A stretch of 64,000 nucleotides of DNA from Candidatus Fermentibacteraceae bacterium (lineage in GTDB: Bacteria > Fermentibacterota > Fermentibacteria > Fermentibacterales > JCC-6): NCBI GenBank assembly GCA_041750285.1, contig JBGSZS010000004.1, forward strand, positions 32,001-96,000. The letters are read 5' to 3'. This document shows positions 50,525-60,443 of the stretch, one piece after another. Made by a program: the position numbers and the translations under genes. Numbering within the stretch: position 1 is the first letter of the stretch; every line of letters starts with the position of its first letter. The notes under the pieces were generated by a model. The model saw only the letters and a list, made by a program, of their open reading frames with translations, made no database searches and had not been told where the DNA came from.

Positions 50525-53500
50525 ATGATCGCACTGCTGGTCTTCTGCCTTGCGGCCGGTTCAGTGAGCGTAACCGTCCCCGTCGAGTCGCTGGTGCATG
50601 ACGAGGTTCTGGCCGACACCCCGGACGGGGTTTCGGTCAGGGTTTCAGATGGTCTTCCCGGGTGCATCCCCGGGGTCCCCGACCTTCCCGCGGTCCCCTG
50701 GACGTTTTCACTGCCGGACGGCGAATCCGCGGTTTCGGTCGGCGTCGGCAGGGCTGAGTGGATCACGGTGTCCATGGGCCGGCCGGTCCGTCCGATGGCT
50801 GCGCCGACCCCGCTCATCTCACCCGCTTCCGACTCCCCCGTCCCCGATCCCGCAGTCTACGGCATGTCGGGCTTCTGGCCCGGCTCCCCCGTGAGGCTTG
50901 CCGGCACTTCGATCCGGGACGGTGAATACACGGCAGAGGTGCTTGTCTTTCCCCACCGCTACGATCCGGCGACAGGAGAGCTGCAAAGACTTGTGGGGCT
51001 TGAACTCTCGGTTGTCACCGAAAGGTCCGGCCGCGCACCGTCGGCACCCCGCGATGAAGGATCCCTTCGAATGCTGATCGTGACAGTCCCCTCCCTGCAG
51101 GGGATCTTCGGCCAGCTTGCCCAGCGCCGCCACAGTGAGGGCATCCTTACCGAAGTAGTTACCATGGACCAGGTTCTCGCCGCCGCTGACGGCAGGGATG
51201 ATGCCGAGGCCCTCAGGAACTACATCATAGCCTACAGGCAGCTTCACGGGCTCGACTACGTGCTGCTCGGGGGCGACACCGATCTGGTTCCCTTCAGGTA
51301 CGCCTTTGCCATGGAATGCCAGGCCGGGTTCCACCCCAGGGAGGACAGCCTCCCGTGCGACCTTTACTTCTCCGATCTCGACGGTGACTGGGACGCCAAC
51401 CAGAACGACCTGTTCGGCGAGATCGAGGACGACGTCGACCTCTACCCCGATGTCTGGGTGGGGCGTGTCACGGTCGAAGACGCATCCGAGGCCCAGGCGT
51501 GGTACGACAAGCTCGTGTCATACGAAGACTGCCTGCAGGCCGGCCACCTTCAGGACGTCCTGTTCCTTGCCGAGGTGCTCTGGAACAACCCCTTCACCGA
51601 CGGCGGGGTGAGCAAGAACATGATACAGCAGCTCTGTCTGCCCGGGTTCATGAACGTCACGAAGCTTTATCAGACGCTTGGAAACCTGAACTCCGCGACC
51701 GTAATGAACGCCATGAACGCCGGGACCAACCTGCTCAACCACAACGGACATGCCTGGTACAACGGCATGAGCATCGGCAACGGCGGCTCGATAAGCGCGT
51801 CGTTCCTCAACTCCGTCGACTCCGACGGCAGGTTCTCGGCCCTCTTCTACTCCATCGGCTGCTGGAGCGCGGCCTTCGACTTCGATGCGGTGGCCGAGTA
51901 CTTCCTTACCAGCCCCCAGGGCTGCGGGGTCTCGTTCATCGGCAACTCCAGCTATGGATGGGGTTCTCCGGGCAACCCTGCCTACGGCTACTCCGACATA
52001 CTTGACAGGTACTTCTTCCAGATGCTCTACCAGGACAGGAACGCCCGGATCGGCCAGGTCCTGGCCATGTCCAAGGACTTCTACATACCCTACGGCAGAT
52101 GGGAGAACGTCTACCGCTGGCATCTGTACCAGGTGAACCTGCTGGGAGACCCCTCGTTCCGGCCCTACCGCAAGATCCCCGCAACCCCGCTGCTTGGCTT
52201 CCCGGAGTTCGTCACCGTGAATACGTCCAGCTTCCCCGTGCAGGTGTCGGGGTGCGCTGCCGAAGGGCTCCTCCTCTGCGTTCATGATCAGGGCGACAAC
52301 CACTTCACCGACACGCTCGACGCTTCGGGTTACCACTCCTTCACGTTCACGACCCCCCCCCAGGGCGATGTGTCGGTAACCGTCACCGGAAGCGGGATAA
52401 GGCGCACCTCGCTCACTTCCCCCCAGGCGGACGGCCCCGTGCCGGTGGTCTCCGGTTTCTCAATTGAGGACACGGGGGGCGACGGTTTCGCATCTCCGGG
52501 CGACATGGTCGAGCTCACCCTCACCCTCGCCAACCAGGGCAACGAACCCCTTTCCGGAATCTCCCTTCAGGCAGAGCTTGTCTCAGGCCCGGCATCGCTT
52601 CTGTCGGGTGGGATGACATTTCCCGACCTTGCGCCCGGAGCATCCTCGGCCGGTTCGGAACCCATCGCCTGCTCGATCGACCCGTCCGCCCTGAACAACC
52701 AGTCCGTGAGCTTCCTTTTGACCGTGACGTCCCAGCAGGGGACATGGGAACTCCCGCTCACCCTCCTCGTACACGCGCCGGGCCTCTACTTCGCCACCTA
52801 CGCGGTCGATGACGGCGGGGACATGATACCCGAGCCGGGTGAGACCTTCTCGCTCATTCTCTCCATCGCGAACACCGGCCTGCTCGACGCCCCCGATGCC
52901 ACCGCAACCATGACATCCTGCCCGTCATGGGTTTCGTTCACCCCCGACACCGCGTACTGCGCAATGGTTCCGGCGGGTTCCACCGGCAGTTTCCAGTTCC
53001 AGTGCACGCTGAACCCCGACGCACCCTCACCTTCGTTCCCCTGGCTTCATCTCCTGCTGGAAACACCCTCGACAGGCTACGGCAGGGCCGACTCGCTGCG
53101 TCTCACCATCGGAGAGACAGGCATCATGCACGACGCCGAGGCCGGTCCGCAGGGATGGGACCACGGGGGGACCGGCGACATGTGGCGGATGACCGAACTA
53201 CAGAGCCACTCCCCTTCGCACAGCTGGCAGTGCGGGAATGATCAGGGCTACCAGAACGGAATGGACTGCTGGCTCCAGAGCCCCGGTATGTACCTTGCCC
53301 CGAACTCGAGCCTCAGCTTCTGGACAACGTTCGACGTTGCCCTCTACGGCTCGGACGGCCTCTACCCCGTGCTTCTGAACCTGACGGCCGGCACAGCCGA
53401 CACACTGGACTTCATAGGTTCCGGAGGGGCCCTCTACGGCCCCGGGCGCGGCATGGGCACGGGATGGGTTTCATTCAGCTACGACCTCTCGTTCGCTGAT

Positions 53501-53890
53501 CCCGAAGACCTTTACCGCATCGAGTTCCGCTTCAGGTCAGACATGGACGGGGTTACGGGGAACGGTTTCTTCATCGACGATATCACTGTGGCAGGCGGCT
53601 ACCAGGGCAACCTCGGGGCGTCCGGCCCCGAGACGGTCCAGCCCGTCCTGGGCCTCCCCTCACCCAACCCTTCCGCAGGCGGCTTCACGATTCCCGTGAA
53701 CATCGATGAAGCATGCGAGTTCACACTTGGCATCTACGACCTCGCTGGCAGGCTCGTGCTTACGCTCAACGGGACGGGACCCTTCAGGGGAGGAGTCTTC
53801 GCATCCACCGAAGGGTTTGCGTCGGGCGTTTATCTCGTCAGGCTTTCGGGACCCGTGGACTCCACCAGAAGGGTGGTCGTGCTCAGATAA
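50525..53890 (+). CDS. C25 (gingipain-like) cysteine peptidase with propeptide and T9SS-type C-terminal domain
   Basis: GVPDLP propeptide, YVLLGGD, DLYFSDLDG, VGR, NHNGHA (His), SIGCWS (Cys), NLLGDP; CTD PNP..IYDLAGRLV..GVYLVRL. Confidence 0.9.
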   Translation: MIALLVFCLAAGSVSVTVPVESLVHDEVLADTPDGVSVRVSDGLPGCIPGVPDLPAVPWTFSLPDGESAVSVGVGRAEWITVSMGRPVRPMAAPTPLISPASDSPVPDPAVYGMSGFWPGSPVRLAGTSIRDGEYTAEVLVFPHRYDPATGELQRLVGLELSVVTERSGRAPSAPRDEGSLRMLIVTVPSLQGIFGQLAQRRHSEGILTEVVTMDQVLAAADGRDDAEALRNYIIAYRQLHGLDYVLLGGDTDLVPFRYAFAMECQAGFHPREDSLPCDLYFSDLDGDWDANQNDLFGEIEDDVDLYPDVWVGRVTVEDASEAQAWYDKLVSYEDCLQAGHLQDVLFLAEVLWNNPFTDGGVSKNMIQQLCLPGFMNVTKLYQTLGNLNSATVMNAMNAGTNLLNHNGHAWYNGMSIGNGGSISASFLNSVDSDGRFSALFYSIGCWSAAFDFDAVAEYFLTSPQGCGVSFIGNSSYGWGSPGNPAYGYSDILDRYFFQMLYQDRNARIGQVLAMSKDFYIPYGRWENVYRWHLYQVNLLGDPSFRPYRKIPATPLLGFPEFVTVNTSSFPVQVSGCAAEGLLLCVHDQGDNHFTDTLDASGYHSFTFTTPPQGDVSVTVTGSGIRRTSLTSPQADGPVPVVSGFSIEDTGGDGFASPGDMVELTLTLANQGNEPLSGISLQAELVSGPASLLSGGMTFPDLAPGASSAGSEPIACSIDPSALNNQSVSFLLTVTSQQGTWELPLTLLVHAPGLYFATYAVDDGGDMIPEPGETFSLILSIANTGLLDAPDATATMTSCPSWVSFTPDTAYCAMVPAGSTGSFQFQCTLNPDAPSPSFPWLHLLLETPSTGYGRADSLRLTIGETGIMHDAEAGPQGWDHGGTGDMWRMTELQSHSPSHSWQCGNDQGYQNGMDCWLQSPGMYLAPNSSLSFWTTFDVALYGSDGLYPVLLNLTAGTADTLDFIGSGGALYGPGRGMGTGWVSFSYDLSFADPEDLYRIEFRFRSDMDGVTGNGFFIDDITVAGGYQGNLGASGPETVQPVLGLPSPNPSAGGFTIPVNIDEACEFTLGIYDLAGRLVLTLNGTGPFRGGVFASTEGFASGVYLVRLSGPVDSTRRVVVLR

Positions 53891-53958
53891 CCCGCAGTGG
53901 GCTGGAACCGGGAAGGCCGGCACGCGGTATCATCCGTGGAGGGAAGAAGGGAACAAGG

Positions 53959-54888
53959 ATGCGCAACGGAACCAACGCAGCTTCCCTGACGGTGATTCTC
54001 GGAGTTCTTGGGCTCCTGGCCTTCAGCGGGAACGGAGACGACATGGGTTACAGACCGCTTGATCCCGAGGAAGAGTTCGTGATCGTTCAGGGTGGAACCG
54101 AGCGCCCTTTCTCGGGTGAGTACGTGAACCATTTCGAACCTGGAACCTATCACTGCAAAAGGTGTGACGCCGCCCTGTACGAATCCGTGGACAAATTCCC
54201 CACCACGTGCGGATGGCCTTCCTTCGACGGCGAGATACCCGGCGCGGTCACAAGAAGGCCGGACCCTGACGGGATTCGCACCGAGATCCTCTGTGCGGCC
54301 TGCGGCGCCCATCTCGGGCATGTCTTCGAGGGCGAGGAACTCACCCCTGCAAATGTCAGGCACTGCGTAAACTCCATCTCACTGGTCTTCAAGCCCAGGG
54401 TGCAGACCGAGACGGCCGTTTTCGCCGGAGGGTGCTTCTGGGGCATCGAGAACTATTTCAGCAACCTCGAAGGCGTCGTTAGGGCAACTTCAGGCTATTC
54501 CGGCGGTTATATGGAAAGCCCCACCTACCGCGAGGTCTGCTCAGGTGAAACCGGGCACGCCGAGGCCGTCGAAGTGGTCTTCGACCCATCCGTCATCCCC
54601 TTCGATGAGCTTGCCAGGCATTTCTTCGAGATACACGATCCCACAACGCCGAACCGGCAGGGCGTCGATGTTGGCAACCAGTACCGTTCCGCTGTGTTTT
54701 ACACCTCGGAACAGCAGAGGGAGACGGTCGAACGGTTGATCGGCATCCTTGGGGACCGTGGCTTCGATGTCGTTACCGAGGTCAGACCCCTGGATGTCTT
54801 CTGGCCTGCCGAGGAGTACCATCAGGACTATTACAGTAAGAATGGCGGCCGCTCCTTCTGTCACACCAGGGTCAACCGCTTCGATTGA
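53959..54888 (+). CDS. msrAB: Bifunctional methionine sulfoxide reductase MsrB-MsrA with N-terminal signal/anchor
   Basis: GTERPF, CGWPSF, HLGHVF, RHCVNS; AGGCFWG, AEEYHQDY. Confidence 0.93.
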   Translation: MRNGTNAASLTVILGVLGLLAFSGNGDDMGYRPLDPEEEFVIVQGGTERPFSGEYVNHFEPGTYHCKRCDAALYESVDKFPTTCGWPSFDGEIPGAVTRRPDPDGIRTEILCAACGAHLGHVFEGEELTPANVRHCVNSISLVFKPRVQTETAVFAGGCFWGIENYFSNLEGVVRATSGYSGGYMESPTYREVCSGETGHAEAVEVVFDPSVIPFDELARHFFEIHDPTTPNRQGVDVGNQYRSAVFYTSEQQRETVERLIGILGDRGFDVVTEVRPLDVFWPAEEYHQDYYSKNGGRSFCHTRVNRFD

Positions 54889-54948
54889 GGCGTCAGGGAA
54901 TGCACCCCGTGTCTTTTTGTCAGGGGTGCGGGGCATCTGCAGCTTCTT

Positions 54949-55545
54949 TCAGCCCGGAAGACTTTCCAGATGCGGACGCAGGGCGGTGAAAGCCCTGGCC
55001 CTGTGGCTTACCCTGTTCTTCTCGGCCTCTGACGCCGAGGCGAACGTCCCCTTCAGTTCGGGGCAGTAGAACACCGGGTCGTATCCGAACCCCCCGATGC
55101 CCTCGGGGGCGAGTGTTATCATTCCCCTCACCACCCCCTCGACTGCGATCTCGGCCCCGTCAGGGGTGACAAGGGCCGCGGCGGTCCGGAACTCGGCCCT
55201 TCTGGAGTCTCCGGTCTCTCCGAGAAGAGCGTTGAGGATCTTCCGCACGTTGTCGGCGTAAGTGCATCCCGGGCCTGCGTAACGCGCCGAGTAGACTCCG
55301 GGGGCGCCCCCGAGTGCCCACGCGAAAAGACCGGTGTCTTCCGCCACTGCAGCCATGCCAGTTTCAACCGCGGCGGCCCGGGCCTTGATCAGGGCGTTCT
55401 CCCTTATGGTCAGACCGGTCTCCTCGACATCCCAGTCCGCACGCCAGTCGAGTATCGATTCGAGAACGATTCCCGGCAGTATCAGCCTGATCTCCCGGAA
55501 CTTGTCGGGATTGCCGCTTGCAAGGACGATGCGGCCGGCGGTCAC
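54949..55545 (-). CDS. rdgB: Non-canonical purine NTP pyrophosphatase (RdgB/HAM1)
   Basis: SGNPDK, ENALIKA, EDTGL, PGVYSAR, GFGYDPVF, SHR. Confidence 0.93.
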   Translation of the reverse strand: MTAGRIVLASGNPDKFREIRLILPGIVLESILDWRADWDVEETGLTIRENALIKARAAAVETGMAAVAEDTGLFAWALGGAPGVYSARYAGPGCTYADNVRKILNALLGETGDSRRAEFRTAAALVTPDGAEIAVEGVVRGMITLAPEGIGGFGYDPVFYCPELKGTFASASEAEKNRVSHRARAFTALRPHLESLPG

Positions 55546-56279
55546 TCTCCCACGGCCTCCATCTGAAGCGGAACCACCTCTTCCATGACGGCCTTCCTGG
55601 CCAGTTCAGCCATCGCGGTGAGCGCCTGAAGCTCGGCGGGTTCCTTTTCTGCGGTGGCCTGCATCTCGATGATACGGCCGTCGCCGGTTGCGACTATGTT
55701 CATGTCGAGGTCGGCAACCGAGTCCTCCTCGTAGCAGAGGTCGAGCAGAACCCCGCCAGGGGTCATTCCCAGGCTCACACCACCCACCCAGCAGCGCCAT
55801 GGATCGTTCTGGATGACCCGGTCGGTCAGAAGGCGGAGTATGGCCAGTCTGAGGGCGACGGCTCCCCCCGTGACCGACGCGACCCTTGTTCCGCCGTCGG
55901 CGGCAAGCACGTCGCAGTCGATGGTGATCTGTTTCTCACCGAGCCTGTCGAGGTTGACGCACTGCCTCAGGCTGCGCCCGATGAGCCTTTGGATCTCCTG
56001 CGTCCTGCCCTTCAGGACCTGTCCCCTGTCCCTTCTGATGCGCCTGTTCCCGCTCCCGGGAAGCATGTCGTACTCGGCGGTGATCCAGCCGCAGCCCTTG
56101 CCCTGCATGAAATAGGGCACCCTGGGCTCGACGGTGGCGGAGCAGAGAACCCTGGTCTCGCCCCATGATATGAGCACACTGCCATGGGGCTGGGGCTGGT
56201 AACCGATCTCGAACCCTATATCCCTGAGCTGGAGGGGGGTCCTCCCGTCCACGCGCTTCTCATCCTGCATGTTCACCAA
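55542..56279 (-). CDS. rph: Ribonuclease PH
   Basis: GWITAEY, EIQRLIGRSLR, DCDVLAADGGTR; start approximate. Confidence 0.95.
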   Translation of the reverse strand: MVNMQDEKRVDGRTPLQLRDIGFEIGYQPQPHGSVLISWGETRVLCSATVEPRVPYFMQGKGCGWITAEYDMLPGSGNRRIRRDRGQVLKGRTQEIQRLIGRSLRQCVNLDRLGEKQITIDCDVLAADGGTRVASVTGGAVALRLAILRLLTDRVIQNDPWRCWVGGVSLGMTPGGVLLDLCYEEDSVADLDMNIVATGDGRIIEMQATAEKEPAELQALTAMAELARKAVMEEVVPLQMEAVGE

Positions 56280-57066
56280 CCTGTATCTGTGTTACCAGGG
56301 AAACCGACCTGCCGAGGAATCTCTGGGCGATCTCCTGGAATTTCAGGGGAATGTCGCTTACGTAGAAGCTGTTCCTGCCACGGCCACCGGTTCGTGCAAT
56401 CCCGCTTTCCCCGATGATCTCGCACACCTTCAGCGCAGTTGCCTCGGCGGAATCCACCAGTGTCACGCCTTCTCCGAGCACTTTCGTGAAAAGGGTTTTC
56501 AGAAGGGGGTAGTGCGTGCAGCCAAGCACAAGGGTATCAATGCCCTCGAGCACAAGGGGCGCGGTGTACTCCCTGATTATCGCTTCGGTAATGGGATGGT
56601 CCAGCCATCCCTCCTCCACCAGGGGAACGAGCAGGGGGCTGGGCTGGGCGGAAACCGCCTTCACCCCCAGTTCGAGGAGCGCTCTCTGATATGCGCCGCT
56701 TGCGATGGTGCCATGGGTTCCGATAACACCGACCCTGCCGTTTCCGGTCCGCCGGCTCGCCATCTCCGCGCCGGGGAGGATGACACCTACAACGGGAACG
56801 TCCAGGGTTTCCCGAAGGGAGGGCAGGCTCACCGAACTTGCGGTGTTGCATGCGACGACCACCATCTTCACGTTCTTGCCCGTGAGGAACGTGGCGTCTT
56901 CAAGGGAAAACCGGATCACGGTGTCGGGGGATTTCGAGCCGTAGGGAAGACGGGCCGTGTCTCCGAAGTAAAGGACCGATTCGGATGGCAGAAGCCTGTT
57001 CAGGGCCCTTACGACGGTCAGACCGCCGACTCCCGAATCAAAGACCCCAATGGGAGAAGGGTTCAT
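56260..57066 (-). CDS. murI: Glutamate racemase
   Basis: FDSGVGGLTV, PYG.K, ACNTAS, LGCTHYP. Confidence 0.95.
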   Translation of the reverse strand: MNPSPIGVFDSGVGGLTVVRALNRLLPSESVLYFGDTARLPYGSKSPDTVIRFSLEDATFLTGKNVKMVVVACNTASSVSLPSLRETLDVPVVGVILPGAEMASRRTGNGRVGVIGTHGTIASGAYQRALLELGVKAVSAQPSPLLVPLVEEGWLDHPITEAIIREYTAPLVLEGIDTLVLGCTHYPLLKTLFTKVLGEGVTLVDSAEATALKVCEIIGESGIARTGGRGRNSFYVSDIPLKFQEIAQRFLGRSVSLVTQIQVGEHAG

Positions 57067-57725
57067 CGTCTGGGGAAAACCCCGGGCACCCCGGAAAGAG
57101 GGATTCCCGTGCCCGAGCCTTCCGACAGGACACCGTTCACCACCGGTATCAGAAGGGTGTAGCAGACGAACCTGCTCTCGATGGTTTTCTTGAGCCCGTC
57201 GAGGTCGAGCGGGCGGGGCATGTCGACATACAGCGTATCGTAGCTGTTGAACGCCCAGAGCCTCTCGAGCTCGGTCTCGTCAAGACCCGATGCCCTGCCC
57301 CAGCTTTCGATGAGGAACTGAGTTTCAAGGGGGATGAGGTCAGTGGTTTCGGCGGATGGTATCGTGTCAACCACCGGGGCCGAACCTGCCGTCACGTATA
57401 CCGAGCAGGGGGAGACCGGCCACCGGGGATCCCATGGAGCCGCCTCCTGAAGGGAGAGGTCGTACTCCCCCGGCGTGAACTCCACTATTCGCAGGGAATC
57501 CTGGCCCTGGCCTTCGCCGGGGTTTTCCGTGTCGAGGGCCGACTCCTCAAGCGTCACGTCACTTATGTTCATCTTCCTGTTTATCATCCGCATGGCTACG
57601 GATGACAGCAGCCCCATCAGAAGGGCGATCCCCAGAACGACAAGCACCGAACGTATCATCACGGGAGAACTGACCTTCTCAGAACGTGCCGATGAGGTGC
57701 GGGTCCGGGTTGGTTTTCGGGTCAC
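57063..57725 (-). CDS. Hypothetical membrane-anchored protein
   Basis: 4-nt overlaps with both neighbours; single N-terminal TM. Confidence 0.65.
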   Translation of the reverse strand: MTRKPTRTRTSSARSEKVSSPVMIRSVLVVLGIALLMGLLSSVAMRMINRKMNISDVTLEESALDTENPGEGQGQDSLRIVEFTPGEYDLSLQEAAPWDPRWPVSPCSVYVTAGSAPVVDTIPSAETTDLIPLETQFLIESWGRASGLDETELERLWAFNSYDTLYVDMPRPLDLDGLKKTIESRFVCYTLLIPVVNGVLSEGSGTGIPLSGVPGVFPRR

Positions 57726-58843
57726 TGGTCGACTCCTTCTGCATATGCCACTATCGCGTCAACAATAGCCTGCGCGGCCCTGAAACGGAAGTCCAGCGAC
57801 AGAAGGCTCCGCTCCTGTCCGGGGTTGGAGATGAACGCGACCTCCACAAGGACGGAAGGCATGTAGGCTCCCCTGAGAACATGGAAACCCGCCTGCTTCA
57901 CGCCCCTGTTCCTGCTCTCCGGAAAGGAAACGGCGAGCCTCTCCTGTATCGCTGATGCCAGGGAGCTGCTGTTGTAGAGGAATATGCTCTGGGCCATGTC
58001 CGCGAGGATGAATGAAAGGGGGTCCTCCGGTGAAACGGCCTCCTCATCCATCTCGACGACCTGGTTTTCCAGGAGTTCGACGGTGCGGGCGTCGCTGGTC
58101 CTCGCCCTGGAGAGGAAGAATGTTTCGGATCCGTATGCTTCCCTGTTGGTGCTGGCGTTGCAGTGAATGCTCACGAAAAGGTCGGCCCGGTTCTGGTTGG
58201 CGATGCGGGTCCTGGCGCCCAGTGAGACGTACTCGTCGGTCGTGCGGGTCATGACCACCCTTACGTTTGGAAGCCTCACGCGAACAAGGTCCCTGACCAT
58301 CAGGGCGATCTCGAGGGTGCGGTTCTTTTCGAAGGTTCCCGCCGGACCCACCGCCCCGGGATCACGCCCTCCGTGACCGGGATCTATCACCACGCAGTCG
58401 AAGTTCTCGAGCCACGGGCTTTCGAGTCCGCGCTCCAGCGCGGCGTACAGGAGCGAATCGGTCCACACCCGGCTGGTGTCGGGCATGGGTGGAGGCTCCC
58501 GCCATGCCAGCATGGGAATGGTGACGGGTTCCGAAGTTCGGGCAAAGAGCAGAAGCACTGTGCTGTCTGCATTGAAACCGTAATCCACGGCGGTGATGGA
58601 GCTGTCCAGCAGGGCCCGGAAACCCAGCGAATCGCACTCAAGGGATTTCAGCCAGATCGGCATTTTCGTACAGAGAGCAGTGACGGGCGATCCCGTTGTC
58701 ACCGTGACCCGGAACCCGCTGACCGAGACCTCTGTGGCGGAAGCATCGAGCCCTTCGGGCGCTGCAACTTCGAGGATCACCCCGTCGAACCGGGGGAAGA
58801 TGCTCAGGACTCCGGCAAGAAGCGAGAGCAGAAGAATGGTCAT
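57722..58843 (-). CDS. N-acetylmuramoyl-L-alanine amidase (Amidase_3)
   Basis: IDPGHGGRDPGA, EK, FVSIHCNA, SVLVEVAFISN. Confidence 0.92.
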   Translation of the reverse strand: MTILLLSLLAGVLSIFPRFDGVILEVAAPEGLDASATEVSVSGFRVTVTTGSPVTALCTKMPIWLKSLECDSLGFRALLDSSITAVDYGFNADSTVLLLFARTSEPVTIPMLAWREPPPMPDTSRVWTDSLLYAALERGLESPWLENFDCVVIDPGHGGRDPGAVGPAGTFEKNRTLEIALMVRDLVRVRLPNVRVVMTRTTDEYVSLGARTRIANQNRADLFVSIHCNASTNREAYGSETFFLSRARTSDARTVELLENQVVEMDEEAVSPEDPLSFILADMAQSIFLYNSSSLASAIQERLAVSFPESRNRGVKQAGFHVLRGAYMPSVLVEVAFISNPGQERSLLSLDFRFRAAQAIVDAIVAYAEGVDQ

Positions 58844-59310
58844 TGTTCTCTCAGGTCGTGCTTCATGGCTGCCTGAAGGCGCCGCTGCGAATCCCTTTCC
58901 GCAAGGTCGGCCCTCTTGTCGAACTGCCTTTTCCCCCTGCAGACACCCAAAAGCATCTTCGCGTGCCCCCTGTCGCTGAAGTGCACGTCCAGGGGAATCA
59001 GGGTCATCCCCTTCTCCTCCACCTGACGGGTGAGCCTGTGGAGTTCCCTTGCGTGTGCGAGGAGCTTTCTCGGGCGCTCCGGGTCATGGTTCTCCCTGGC
59101 CTCGGGATACTCTGCGATGGTCATTCCGTGAACGAACAGCTCTCCGCTTTCGTTGAATCCGGCGTGGCTTCCCGAAAGGCTGACCTTTCCGGCCCTTATC
59201 GACTTGATCTCGCTGCCCGCAAGCACCAGCCCCACCTCGAGTGTATCCATGACATGGAAGTCGTGCCTTGCTTTTCTGTTCCTGGCGGCGATCCGCTGTT
59301 CAACGCTCAT
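58840..59310 (-). CDS. smpB: SsrA-binding protein
   Basis: NRKARHDF, GSEIKSIR, RKLL, GMTLIPL, GKRQFDKR. Confidence 0.95.
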   Translation of the reverse strand: MSVEQRIAARNRKARHDFHVMDTLEVGLVLAGSEIKSIRAGKVSLSGSHAGFNESGELFVHGMTIAEYPEARENHDPERPRKLLAHARELHRLTRQVEEKGMTLIPLDVHFSDRGHAKMLLGVCRGKRQFDKRADLAERDSQRRLQAAMKHDLREQ

Positions 59311-59349
59311 GATGATGCCTTTCCAAGGCACTGAATATAGCCCTGTCCA

Positions 59350-59377
59350 TTGACATGTCCACGATTTCATCCATAAT
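59350..59377 (+). promoter_or_regulatory. Putative sigma70 promoter of tRNA-Leu
   Basis: TTGACA-16nt-CATAAT. Confidence 0.7.
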
Positions 59378-59388
59378 ACCGCCTCAGC

Positions 59389-59475
59389 GCCGAGGTGGCG
59401 GAATAGGCAGACGCGCCAGGTTCAGGACCTGGTGAGGGCAACCTCGTAGGGGTTCAACTCCCCTCCTCGGTACCA
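59389..59475 (+). tRNA. tRNA-Leu(CAG)
   Basis: Acceptor GCCGAGG/CCTCGGT, anticodon arm CCAGG-TTCAGGA-CCTGG, long variable arm, GGTTCAACTC T-loop, encoded CCA. Confidence 0.95.
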
Positions 59476-59480
59476 GACAC

Positions 59481-59505
59481 AGGGGTGGCTTCGGCCACCC
59501 CTTTC
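59481..59505 (+). terminator. Terminator after tRNA-Leu
   Basis: AGGGGTGGC-TTCG-GCCACCCCT followed by short T run. Confidence 0.8.
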
Positions 59506-59506
59506 G

Positions 59507-60388
59507 CTATCCTGTGGCCAGAATACCGCCCAGGACAGCCACGGCCGTTCCGACCGCGTCCCTGATCGTAAGCCTGTGTCCGGCGAACAGGGCGGATGGG
59601 ATCATCAGAAATATCGGGGTCATTGAGATAAGTGTCGCCGCAACACCTGCGGGAATCAACCTGACGGCCGTCATGGAAAGCGTGACGCCTATCACCGGGC
59701 CGGCAACCGTTCCCAGGGTCAGGTACTTCATCGCGCTTCTGTGCCCGACTGCCCTGATCACCCCCGCGGTCCGGCGCATGATAAGCGTGATAGGTATGAA
59801 GGCCAGCGAGGCTGCGGCAACCCTTATCTGGGTCGCTCCGATGCTGCTCACCCCTTCAAGGCCTGCCTTGCCGACAACAAGACCAGCCGCCTGTCCCAGG
59901 GAACCAAGAAGGGCCAGTGAAAACCCCGTTCCCGTGAGAACCCATCCCCTGTCCCTCCCGGAGCCCCTGGCCAGAACGAAAGCCACGCCGACCGAAGTGA
60001 GTACTATGCCGCCCCACTGCTTCCCGGAGAGGGTTTCGCCAAGAAAGGCCCAGCCCAGAAGACCCGTCATCAATGGAACCGTGGTATAGATCACCATGGT
60101 TATTCTGGCGCTGATGCGAACGAATGCGCTGAAAAGGCAGAGGTCGGCAAAGACGAAGCCAACCAGGCCGGAAACCGAGAGGAGCATGAGGTTGCGGGCC
60201 GAAACGCCTGCGGGAAAGAAAGTGCCGTTGAGCACCCGGGACGGCGGGATAAGAATCAGGAAGCCCAGCAGCAGCCTTATCACCGTAACGCTGTAGGATC
60301 CTATCCGCTTGCCGGCGACCTCGAAGGTGAACGAGCAGGCTGCCCAGCAGAGAGCCGTACCAAGCGCCGCGAGAATACCAGTTGACAT
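59507..60388 (-). CDS. EamA/DMT family transporter
   Basis: About 10 TM helices in two repeats; FLGETLS motif. Confidence 0.88.
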   Translation of the reverse strand: MSTGILAALGTALCWAACSFTFEVAGKRIGSYSVTVIRLLLGFLILIPPSRVLNGTFFPAGVSARNLMLLSVSGLVGFVFADLCLFSAFVRISARITMVIYTTVPLMTGLLGWAFLGETLSGKQWGGIVLTSVGVAFVLARGSGRDRGWVLTGTGFSLALLGSLGQAAGLVVGKAGLEGVSSIGATQIRVAAASLAFIPITLIMRRTAGVIRAVGHRSAMKYLTLGTVAGPVIGVTLSMTAVRLIPAGVAATLISMTPIFLMIPSALFAGHRLTIRDAVGTAVAVLGGILATG

Positions 60389-60443
60389 GCCGTGCCCTCC
60401 CCCGGGATGCGCGAATATAATCACCATGGAGAGGAGGTCGGTG

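Noticed and set aside
59389..59475. tRNA-Sec (TCA appears in the anticodon loop)
   Set aside because: The 7-nt loop TTCAGGA centres on CAG; a 7-bp acceptor stem and A discriminator fit tRNA-Leu
58840..59475. tmRNA gene or integrated island next to smpB and tRNA-Leu
   Set aside because: No ssrA-like sequence, integrase or duplicated tRNA-Leu 3' end seen in the window
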